This document shows positions 36,970 to 48,825 of a stretch of 64,000 bases of DNA, piece after piece. The notes beneath the pieces are model-generated. The model ran no database searches, had not been told where the DNA came from, and was given only the letters and a program-made list of their open reading frames with translations. Position 1 is the stretch's first letter. Every line of letters starts with the position of its first letter. Source of the stretch: Eledone cirrhosa (lineage: Eukaryota); assembly GCA_964016885.1 (NCBI GenBank), contig OZ024740.1:386942001-387006000 (forward strand), given 5' to 3'. Position numbers and translations under genes: made by a program.

Positions 36970-39900
36970 TGTGACGCAAATAACCTAACTATCTGTAACA
37001 CTAACTTCAAAAAACGAGACAATCACTTGATCACCTATAGATCAGGGGAAGACGCCATTCAGATAGATTATATCCTTACCAGAAGACGTGATAGAGTGTC
37101 TTTTCTAAACACTAAATCCCTCCCCCATGAAGAATGCACCTCCCAACAGACTCATAGTCAGCGACCTCATAGTCAGGACAAGACGTACTCGACAACAGAG
37201 GCGGACTATCCTCAGGAGAAAAATATGGAAGCTAAAGGACCCCACAGCCAGTAATAAATTTAAAAGCATATTACTTGATGCTTTCAACAGTAAGGAAGAG
37301 CAATTAGAGTCGTACAATATAGAGGAACAGTGGGAATTCCTGAAAGCTAACCTGCTGAAGGCGGCAGATGAAGTCTGTGGCTGGAGCAGGCCTATAAGTA
37401 GGAGGAGAGTAACGTGGTGGTGGAACAGTAAGGTGGAGGAGTCAATTAAGGCCAAAAAGCAGGCTTGGAAAGTATAGCGGGATGAGGGAAGTAGAGAAGA
37501 CTATCAAGTGGCCAGGAGGGAAGCTAGGAGACAAGTGTACTTCGCAAGAAGGGAAGCAGAGGAAAGAAAGTTCAAGCATGTTCTACAACGCGAGGACCAA
37601 AAACGTGAGGTGTTCAGGATTGCTAGGCAATGTGTCAAGGAAAACCGTGATATTGTCGGGGAGAAGTGTGTCCTTAATGATGGTGTACTTGCCATCACTG
37701 ACGCTGATAAGAAGGTAGCTTGGAAGTGTCACTACGAAAGGCTACTAAATGAGGAGAATAAATGGGAGAAAGACAGTCTCTCCCACATTGATCCAATAGA
37801 GGGACCAGCAGTGCTAGTTGAAGGTAGTATAATAAGCAAGGCAATCAAAGATATGAAGACGGGTAAGGCAGCTGGCCCTTTGGAAATAGTTGCTCAAATG
37901 CTGAAAGCATCTGGAACGGTGGGACACACTATGGTCACCCGGATAGTAAACCAAGTCATACAGAATGGGGCCGTTCCGAAGGACTGACGTAGCAGCATCA
38001 TCATTAACTGCTACAAGGGTAAAGGAGATGCCCTAGATAGGGGTAACTATAGAGGCATTAAATTAATCGACCAGGTCATGAAGGTCACAGAAAAAGTAAT
38101 AGCGCAACTAATCAGAGAGCGAATTGATCTAGATGAAATGCAGTTCGGGTTTGTGTCAGGTAAAAGTACCACAGACGCTCTTTTCATTGTACGACAACTA
38201 CAGGAGAAGTACCTATCTAAAAGTAAACCCCTATACTTAGATTTTGTTGACTTGGAGAAAGCCTTTGACAGAGTCCCCCGTTCCTTTATCTGCTGGGCTC
38301 TTAGAAAACTAGGTGTTGATGAATGGCTTGTGAGAGCTATACAAGCCATGTATAAAGAAACAGTCAGCAAGGTTAGAATTAACAACGAATATAGTGAAGA
38401 GTTTAGCGTAAAAGTTGTTCATCAGGACTCCGTTCTTAGCCCCCTACTATTTATTATTGCCCTTCAGGCTATAACAGAGGAGTTCAAGACCGGCTGCCCA
38501 TGGGAACTCCTATATGCAGATGATCTAACGCTCATAGCTGAATCAATGGCTGAACTAGAGAAGAAATTCCAAACATGGAAGCATGGCCTAGAATCAAAAG
38601 GCCTTAAAGTTAACTTGTCTAAGACTAAAGTTCTAGTTTGTAGGAAGGAAAATAGGGCACCGGTCCCATCTGGGAAATGTCCATGCTCAGTGTGTAGGAA
38701 AGGAGTAGGCAGAAACTCCATTTTATGTCCCAAATGCAAAGTATGGGTGCATAAAAGATGTAGTGGGATCACAGGTAAGTTAACTAAGAATATAGATTTT
38801 ATATGTGGCCGGTGCTCTGGTGCAATAAGTAGCAGCAAGTGCCCACAGAATACTAGCTCATTCCATTGCACAGATGGTTCTATAAAAATAGTGGACACCT
38901 TCCGTTACCTGGGTGACAAAATAGGCAGTGGGGGAGGATGCTCTGAAAGTACAGTAGCTAGAGTCAGAACGGGATGGAAAAAGTTCAGAGAGCTTATACC
39001 ACTATTGGCCGCTAAAGGGTTCTCTCTAAAAATGAAAGGCAGGCTGTATGATGCCTGCATACGAACAGCAATGATACATGGCAGTGAGACCTGGGCATTG
39101 TGTGCAGAGGATATACGCAGACTGGAGAGAAACAAAGCTTGCAGGCTCCGCTGGATGTGTAATAGTAATATACGTGAACGGCAAAGCATAAACGAACTAA
39201 GGGAGAAATTAAGAATAAGAGGGATCAGATGTTTACTCTAGAGAAGACTACGTTGGTACGGCCACGTGATGCACATGAAAGAAGACAGCTGTACAAAAAA
39301 GTGCAGGGCAATAAAAATAGACGGTAGCCACGGATTAGGCAGACCCAGAAAAACCTGGGACGACTTGATAAATTCTGACCTCACACACTTACACCTCTCC
39401 AAGACAATGTCACTGGACCGAGATCTTTGGCGTTACACAATTATAAAGAAGACCCGTCTTGCCTAAGCACAAAGCGAAACCTACAGTCAGTCGGCACCTC
39501 TAACAAAAATACACCCCCGTCCCACTACCCCCACCCATCCACACCACCCCCTTAAATGTGAAGTTATGTTGGTACCACAACATCCAGTCCTAAACAAATG
39601 AGGTCGTGTAGGTGTCACAACAAAAAAAAAAAAACACAGTCCACGCTGTAATGTTGCCATGTAGGTAACACGGTAAAAACCTCCCAGTCCACACTGTAAA
39701 TGTGGTTGGTGTTGGGAAGGGCACCCAGCCGTAGAAAACCCGCCAGCCGTGTAGGTGTCACGACAAAAAACACACACAGTCCACGCTGTAATGTGGCCGT
39801 GTAGGTAACACAGTAAAAACCTCCCAGTTCCACACTGTAAATGTGGTTGGTGTTAGGAAGGGCATCCAACTGTAGAAAACCCACCAGACAGTCCTATGCA

Positions 39901-39991
39901 AGCAAGACGACCACTCTTGCCTCAAGTGGGAAAACTCCCGTCCAAACCCATGCAAGCGTGGAATATGGACGTTAAACGATGATAATGATGA
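36970..39991 (+). mobile_element. RTE-clade LINE, 5'-truncated, about 3 kb (APE C-terminus, RT, PHD finger, C-terminal region, 3' UTR, ATG tail)
   Basis: CNTNFKK..QIDYIL, GNYRGIKL, QFGF, DLEKAFD, LSPLLF, LYADD, FRYLG, WYGHV. About 4 disabling stops or frameshifts (about 37146, 37475, 37985, about 39238). Confidence 0.92.
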
Positions 39992-40442
39992 CACACACAC
40001 ATATATATGTAGTGTGATTCAATGTAAACATTTTTTTGCAACATACTGCAGCTGTTACAGTGTAGTGACAAATGAAAACAAATTTTTTTTCTCTCCATAT
40101 ATTATAACAGTCCTTTAAAGGTATACTAAGTACAAATAAAATTGCTCCGCTGAGGCGATCTAATAAGACTAAAACATGTTTGAAATTGTTATTGTACTTA
40201 CAAACTAAATTTCAGACTCATTTCGCACCGCATGCTTCCATTCCCTATGTATATTAGCTTCCATTTATATTCAAAAGGCATCCGGAGTAAAGTTTTCTAT
40301 GTCATTATTTATAAACATAAACAAATGCTAAATAATGCAAGCATTTGAAAAATAATAAATTTCATTCCATATCAAAATTTTCTATTTAAATATTGATTAA
40401 TGAAATAATTCATTAGCTAATAAAATAAATATTTATATATTT

Positions 40443-40696
40443 TTAACCCTTTCATTACCAGATTTCTAATAAAAGACACTGCCTACGGGTTTCAAATATC
40501 TTTGAAAATATTCAAGTATTTGGAGGGAGTTAGTAATGTAACTAACTCTTATTAAGGTGACATTTGGAACATAACTTAACAAAAATTCCTACATAAAATA
40601 TGATGGAAGGTTTTTAGATTAATACGAACACTTTAAAATAAAATTTTGTATTAAAACCAGAGGTGGTTTCAAGCAGTTTGGTATGAAAAGGGTTAG
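40443..40696. mobile_element. TTAA-type MITE (CCCTTT TIR), third family
   Basis: ttaaccctttcattacc ... ggtatgaaaagggttag. Related decayed pieces are at about 13245-13400, 13960-14090 and 14520-14690. Confidence 0.6.
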
Positions 40697-40742
40697 ATTG
40701 TAGGTGAAGGTAATTTCTGCAGAGGTTATATTTTCCACTTAC

Positions 40743-41008
40743 CATGGCTCCACCCAGTCAAAGGGTCCGACATCATTCAAATATGGTTGTACTTCTTTTA
40801 TCAGAAATGACAGTGGCATTCCATGCATATGACCTGATAATGATGCTGCAGGTGTGTTAATGTCGGCATGGGCATCGACCCACACAATGACAAGATCAGG
40901 TTGCACTTGGGCATGGCCATGAATAGCCCCCGTGGTCAGACTGTGGTCACCTCCCAATGTGAGGCATATTTCTCCACCATGGATCACTTTCTTTACAGCC
41001 TTGGATAT
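40743..41008 (-). CDS. ARG: Arginase exon (ISKAVKKV...LGGDHS...WVDAHADINTP...SGHMHGMPLSFL...WVEP)
   Basis: cttgtatag/gtaagt boundaries, GGDHS and DAHAD Mn-ligand motifs, phase 0-2 joining the 23446-23502 exon. Confidence 0.95.
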
Positions 41009-41430
41009 CTATACAAGAAATAAGTATCACATTGACAGAAAAACATGCAAACAAAAGACTGCAACCAAATATAAAAAAATATGATATGGATAAGAAAGTA
41101 AGCAGAGAAAATGTTAAACTATAGCTGTAACAGGACTGATTGCTAAACAAACTTAGATTAACTATTAGACTCCAAAAATATTTTGAATTTCAAATAGTAA
41201 CCTTAAGTAAAGTGTACTCTTTATACAGTGGCGTTTGACCATGGCCATTTTCAAAATATCTGCATGTTGTTTAGTCATAGGTTATTCTCAGTCAAGCAGA
41301 TCTATGACATGTAATTAGGTGGTAGAATGACAAGGTGCAATCCACAAATTCATTGCACCAGAAATACCATGTTTTTGTCTAATTGAGGATCATACTAAAT
41401 ACTCCAATATGCTGTGCTCTATTGTATGAA

Positions 41431-42217
41431 GCACAGTGTGATTATCTGGAATTATGTCAACTCATCTGTACACTTGTTGGTTCTGATGGTGACCATAGCA
41501 GAAGACAGCACAGTGTGACTATCTGGTATTATAATGTCAACTCATCTGTATACTTGTTGGTTCTGATGGTGACCATAGCAGAAGACAGCACAGTGTGACT
41601 ATCTGGTATTATAATGTCAACTCATCTGTACACTTGTTGGTTCTGATGGTGACCATAGCAGAATACAGAACAGTGTGACTATCTGGTATTATAATGTCAA
41701 CTCATCTGTACACTTGTTGATTCTGATGGTGACCATAGCAGAAGACAGCACAGTGTGACTATCTGGTATTATAATGTCAACTCATCTGTACACTTGTTGG
41801 TTCTGATGGTGACCATAGCAGAATACAGAACAGTGTGACTATCTGGTATTATAATGTCAACTCATCTGTACACTTGTTGGTTCTGATGGTGACCATAGCA
41901 GAATACAGAACAGTGTGACTATCTGGTATTATAATGTCAACTCATCTGTACACCTGTTGGTTCTGATGGTGACCATAGCAGAATACAGAACAGTGTGACT
42001 ATCTGGTATTATAATGTCAACTCATCTGTACACTTGTTGGTTCTGATGGTGACCATAGCAGAATACAGCACAGTGTGACTATCTGGTATTATAATGTCAA
42101 CTCATCTGTACACTTGTTGGTTCTGATGGTGACCATAGCAGAATACAGAACAGTGTGACTATCTGGTATTATAATGTCAACTCATCTGTACACCTGTTGT
42201 TTCTGATGATAGCAGAA
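41431..42217. repeat. 80-bp minisatellite, about 10 copies
   Basis: atctggtattataatgtcaa recurs at 41521, 41601, ... 42161, plus a degenerate first copy. Confidence 0.95.
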
Positions 42218-44265
42218 GTAGGCTCAATGGACTCAGTCAGTGTGACAGTGCTCTTCAGTCATATTACTATTGTTGATTCTATTTTTATTGTGTGCACATA
42301 TTTTTTTGGCTTATATGAACTAAGAAGGCATTTTACTAAGTGGGGGATTTTAAGGTGGTATTTTAGTTGTGTTTTTGTTTTTTAGCCACAGGTCAAACAT
42401 GATTGAACAGATCAATGATCAAAGGCATTCTAGTCTTTAACATCCCATCTATGTTTCTACAAATAGTGTATTAACAACTGCACTGTCAAATGTGTCCATT
42501 TTTTTAAAGATGGTAGGGAATAATTTGAGGCAAATTCGATTGCTATTTCTAGTAGCTGGAAATATCACAGACTTCCTTTGTGGTTCATTGGTATTGTAGA
42601 CAAATCTAAAAGTTTGAGGTATTGTGCATGCAGTGACAGTGGGTGGCTGCTTGCTGCTGCAACAAACTGCACCTCATATGTCCAGCTGATTTCTCATTAT
42701 AAGTGTGTTTGTTTTGTTATGTAGGAGGCCCTAAGAAATCGCCAATGATCCACCATTTTGTATTTTTTGTAGTTTATTGAGAGGAAATTAGAAGAGCAAG
42801 CAGGACTGGTATAACCGCCGATACATTTAATGTATTCTTTGTATGTAAATATTTCTTTCTGTTGATCAAAAGTAATGTCTGTGAGAGCTCTAGGTATGTT
42901 TATTTGTTGTTTTGTTTTTTTTGCTATGCATTTTATATACTGTGAAGGTGAAAAAGTTGCTATATATGATTCCTAGTATGTTTGTCATCTGTCTGTCTGT
43001 CGTTTATTTTTTGTTTAGCATAAGGTGAATTCTGATCAAGCAAACCTCTCATCAAAGGTGTTCCAGCCATGACTATTACATTATTTACAAACAAAATATA
43101 ATCAGGACTAAATTACTTAATATAAAGATTGTATGTATGGTCCTGCAACTCCTGATAGAGTTGTAGGGATGCCGCATGACACACAGCGCTTCATGAGCAC
43201 CCCTAAGCCTGGTGGAACCCATCCCTCTCCAGGTCTAAGTACAGCAGATTTCATCCAGAGAAAGCTAGAAAGTTACAAAGAGAGAGAGAGGAAATGAAAA
43301 AGAAATACAGAGGAAGAATCTACCCCAGTACTAGACTGGTACTATTTTATCGACCTCAAAAGGATGAAAGGCAAAGTTGATCTCGAAGGGATTTAAACTC
43401 AGAGAGCAGAGAGTCGGAACGAATACCCTAAAGTATTCTATCCAATGTTCTAACAATGTTCGCCGCCTAATATAAAGATTAGGAACCTATATCTAGCAGA
43501 TTAAGCAGCCATGTAGAAACTTCCTTGTAGGATCATGTTTGTTTCCATTTTTGAGCATGATAGTTTGCTTTATTTGATGTTCTCTGGTGCTGATGATAAA
43601 GACAGATGTTGAATATGGTGGGTGCTGCTTTAAGTCTGCTTTGAAGCAAGTTTCTAGGTCCATGGTTTCCAAACTGTGCACTTCGGTGCACTGACTCACT
43701 GCAAGATGTAATTAGGTGCACCATGAAGGAATAAGATTCTATTTCAAAATGTGAAAAATACAAATTGAAATTTGTAATAAAGTCCATGTATAACTGTCAA
43801 AGTGGGAAACAGCTAAACTAATGAAAACATTGCCAAAAACACCAGGTGCATGTTTCTCATTAATAACTTGGTTCCATTTACTGATGAAAAAAAGAAATAC
43901 ATGCATTTTCTATTATTTATATTTCTACTTTATGCAATGTTAATATGTATAAATATCTTTTTTTAATAAAGTTTCAAAATAAGGTAGAAATATTCTACAA
44001 TTGACATAGGATTGTAGTTGTTCTATAATTGGTGTATGGAAGGTCTACATAGGAGGTTCTGTGTATATTTTTGGAAGATGTGAACAGGTTGTGCAGGTGC
44101 AGGTTAAGAAAAAAGTTGATGAGAAGATGAATACCAGTCAGGTGTTGATATGTTGCTTGTAGTTATTGTATTATATGATGTGGTGTGGCTATTGTTGGAA
44201 TTCTGGATGTTGTTTATTATCTAGCATAGTGTTTTACAGCTTGTTTTGTAGTTTATCATCATTAT

Positions 44266-44490
44266 TTAACCATTTAGCATTTACATTACTCTATATTTAC
44301 TATTGTATTTTCATGGTAAAGGCTTTATCTTACACAATTATCTCACATACTATTGAAACTAAGAGATTTTGATGATATTTATTTTGAGAACAATACCTAA
44401 ACATCAGTATGAGTGGCTGGTTATGGCTGGTTTGAACAGAGGTGAGAGAATTCTGGCCAGATACAGCCAGTTTAAATGCTAAAGGGTTAA
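44266..44490. mobile_element. TTAA-flanked MITE
   Basis: ttaa-ccatttagcattta ... taaatgctaaaggg-ttaa. Confidence 0.75.
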
Positions 44491-47400
44491 TGTCCACTTT
44501 TACCTGTAACCAAGGATTGTACAGGTCATCACAGACCAAGTTATTACTTAATCAGAGCTACTAACTTATCAGATGGGACAAGGGCCACATCTAGCTTACA
44601 TATGCTCCTGCATTCTAGACTTCACTGTGCTTTCTACTGTGGCACCAGCACAAGGGAAGTTGTCATGTCTTTGACAACTCAAAATACCTTGTGAGCCTTT
44701 GTTTGGCAAGTTTTCTATGGCTGGATACCCATCTTATCACCAACCACTTTACAGAGTGTACTTAGTGCATTTATGGCATCAACTCTAGATAGGTTGTCAT
44801 GCCCTTGACACAACTAAAGAGTCCTCTCACTCCCTTTTTTAGCATGGTTTCTACAGCTGCAAACCACCCTTCCTAACACCAACTATTTTACAGCATGTAC
44901 TGAATGCATTTTATCATGGCACTAACACTAGAGAGGTTGTTGTCATTGACTCAACTGCAAAACCTCTCTACATTATGGGGATTGGCAAGCGAAATGACAT
45001 GTGTTGGGGGGGGGGGGCAAAGAGGATGGAGGAAGCAAGAAATTGTATACAAATGTATTTTTGTTTTTTTTTGTTTGAGTTTTTACCTGTTGTATGATAT
45101 GTGTGTTGTATTTAAGGTTGCCTGTACTATTCATCATATTGGCTATTTTAGTTGTATAAATGGGATCAGATTTTATTTTGCCACGTAGGATGTGTTTTAA
45201 AAATGAAATCCCCAAAAGTTCCCTCAACTTGTTGAAAATAGCAGCCAAATTTCCCTTAAACTTTAACCAGCCACCTTAAAAATATCTATATATTATGATG
45301 ATCATGATGATGATGTTATAAATTATATGATATAGATTTTTTCTTTTGAAGAGGCCACAGTTTGAGAAAACATTCTGAATTAGACAAATTCCTTCAACAG
45401 TCCTATAATTTGCTCAATTTGTTATCTCAGTGTAGACAGCATCGGAATAATACTTTTATATGGTGTAGCAATCGAAGATAAATTAAGTGAATCATAAATT
45501 TTATTGGCAAAACCAACCGGCAGGAGACCCAGGAATAGACCCTGAGCAAGATGGTTGGATAACATCCATGAGCTTGGCTGGTCTCGCTTGGGGATCCAGT
45601 CAGAACAATTGGAGATGGTTGCTTCTAACAGGCCCGCTGGAAGTCGTGCTTGAGGACTCTTCCCCCATGACCCTCAGGAATATGTGGGCAAAGAAAAAGA
45701 AGATAAAGTTATTTAACTTTATGTGATTTTACAAATGATGATTCCTTTTCTCACTGTATTGATTTCTGAGAAAGAATGAATAACTTTGTGAAATGATTGA
45801 TTTATTGGTTACATATAGTATGAGCAGTTTACTAATCTTTATTCAGGTGCAGATATGGCAGCGTAGCACCTTGAGCCAGTTTCTTCTACTATAGCCTCGG
45901 ATTGTCTAATGACTTGTGAGTAGAAGTTGAGAAATTGAAACTGTAGAAGCACAACATATTTAGAATAGGTATACTGTATCCTTGCATGTTGTAAGAAGTG
46001 ACTAAAAGGGTTGGTGTCAGGAAAGGCATCCATTGTAAAAATATTGCTTCAAAAAATCCTGTCAATCCATGCCAGCGTGAAAAAGTCCATGTAAAACAGA
46101 TGAGGATAATGATATACTTATTGCATTTTGCTCAAACATTGTTATTTTTTATGATTATTGAAACTGAACAATAAAAATAAGTTTTAGAAGAAAAGTAGGG
46201 AAGGGAAATTAAATAGCCTAAACTAAAAATGCTACATGTCATTTTTGATGTGGTCTATCTATTAATGAGAATCCTTGGGAAGGAGAATGTCAGTAGTGAC
46301 GACAGAAATGTGTGCTAGTCTCACTATTCCCAGACATTTGCATCCTTAATGTAATACTCAGAGTCAATCTGACATAATTACAAGGCTGGGTCTTTGAATT
46401 ACATGTAATGGGCTTCAACAAATTTTGTGCCAACCTAATTTCAGTGACAAGGAGCTTAAGTCGACTAGATACTAATAGAAGACGTATGCCCAATCAAACC
46501 TGGGAGCTCCTGATTGCAAAATATAAGAGAGTATGCTGCACATAGATTTAGATTCTTTAACTTTTATTCTAACAGAATGCAGTTATTTACAACATACAAT
46601 TGTTTTGAATAGCTTCATGATCAAACTAATAAAAGATTTACAAAAAGACCAATTCTAAAAAAAATAAAATAAGGAGAGAAAAAAAAGATAATTTTATCTG
46701 ATTGAAGAAATCTTTCAACAAGGATAAAACAAAAAAGAGTGAGAACTGAGAAAAAGAGGAATGAAATCAGAAAACCAGATCAAAAGACAAATAAATAAGC
46801 AGAAATAATTCTTAGGTTTGATAATATGTAAAATAAATCAAATTAACTTTGGAGAATTAATTAATTCACTTCATATATAGCAGCCATATAAAATTTTAAA
46901 TATAACATATATTTAGAGGACAAAGAGTAGTTGTGGTAGACAATGAATAAGGTAGATGTTCTATCTGAGAATTAAGAGCAAATGAGCGATGTCATTGTTT
47001 TATTATCTGTGAAATATGGAACAGAGATGAACAAAATAAGATCTCTTTGACCCCTCTAATCTTGGACTGTAAGAACAAACAACCTATTCAACTCATGCCA
47101 GCATGAAAGGTGGATGTAAAATGATGATGATGACTTCCAACTGTAGCCATTGTATATTTATGAGATGGCATAACTCCAGTTAGATAGTGAAATCTACAAT
47201 CAAGTTCAAAATACTATCTCATACTCACACACACACACCACAGAGCTGATTAGTTTACAGTATTGAACATGATGTAGCTGACATATATATACTTATAGTC
47301 TTATGTTAGTGTGTGTATATCTTCTTGTTCATTTTCCAAGAAAACTTGACCTCAGTATTATTACAAACTTTGTGCAATCTTTCTATCATCTCTCCTTCAC

Positions 47401-47656
47401 CTTTTATCCCACTTATAACTACTTTTCAACTTCAGCTTACATAAATCTGCAAAAACTTTAAATATTTTATTCTATTTTTCTTTTACCATTTAACATGATA
47501 AAAAAAATACTCTCACTCTCTGAAACACGATTCTTTCACTCCTGGACGGATTGGCATAAACTTACCAAACTTTTCTCTACAAAGATTTCAATGACTATCA
47601 TAGATTGATGAGTTTATAGTCCTGGGGATTATTATTATTATTATTGTTATTAATAA

Positions 47657-47880
47657 CGGCGGTGGATTGGCAGCTTTGGTAGAGCGCCAGAAAACATGCT
47701 TTGCAGCATAGAGTTATGGCTCTTTACATTGTGAGTTCAAATCCTGTTGAGGTTAGCTTTGCCTTTCATCCTTATGGGGTTGATAAAATAAAGCACCAAG
47801 TAATGTACTGGGGTCGATTTAATCGACTTTCCTTTACGCCAAAATTGCTGGCCTTGTGCATATAGTAAAAATCATTATTA
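47657..47880 (+). mobile_element. tRNA-derived SINE
   Basis: Same family as 23191-23410. Confidence 0.75.
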
Positions 47881-48825
47881 TTGTTGTTAATACTCTTCTT
47901 AGGCCAGTACATTGGCAGAATTGGTGGAGCATCAGATAAAATATCATTATGAAATTTGTTCTGGCTCTTTATGCTGAGTTCAACCTTTTCAGGATTGATA
48001 AAATAAAGTACCAGTTATGTACTGGACCGATGCAATCAACTTTCATCCTCTCCACAAATTGTTGGCTTGTGCCTAAATTAAAAGTCATTATCAGCACTTC
48101 TCAACTGGAAAGTATCACTTCAACATTTTGATGCCATTCACACTGGTCTTTAGCAACTCTTTGTTCTCTGACCTGTGTAAGTTTCCTTTAAATTATATAT
48201 AATCAAACCATATCTGTCATATGGTTAATAAACTTAAACAGTAGAAAAAAGGCATATTATAAATAAACAGTTAAAAATGGAAACTGAAAAATAGGAAAAT
48301 ACCTGCTCAAATATCATGGCAAAGTTTATGATTAGTTTTTGTTTATGGTAGCTTCGTTAGAAAAGGAGACTAACTGCCTATAACATTTTGCAGAACCTCT
48401 GACTTTAATCAGAAGAAAAGGCAAGCTGCCTATAACTTATTGCAGTATCTTCAACTTTAGTAAGAGGATAGAAACTGGCTGTAACTTATTGAAATGTTTC
48501 CAACTTTAGTAAGAGGACTGGTGAGTTGCTGCAATAGGAAGAAGTAGATAAAGATATTGAGTTATTCTCAGGCAGATCTAATCCAAATGTTTGCAACAGT
48601 GTGGACTCTGCTAAAAGCACCTAACAGCAAAATGGTGGTCACCATCATCAGTTTATGTTCAATTTTCCATGCTGACATGGATTGATTAGGCTGGTGTTGT
48701 TCAATCAAAGAAAACAATGGATTAAGTCTATCAGCAGAGAACACAGGTACAGTCTAATAGACTTCCATACAGTTTTCCATTTACTCAGTTTCCCCTCATA
48801 ACAGATAAATGAACAAAAGACAAAC

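Noticed and set aside
44504-44539. Minus-strand DDLYNP resembling the vertebrate ARG2 N-terminal region
   Set aside because: There is an in-frame stop just upstream, no good acceptor, and no NP..VG.AN motif before the donor.
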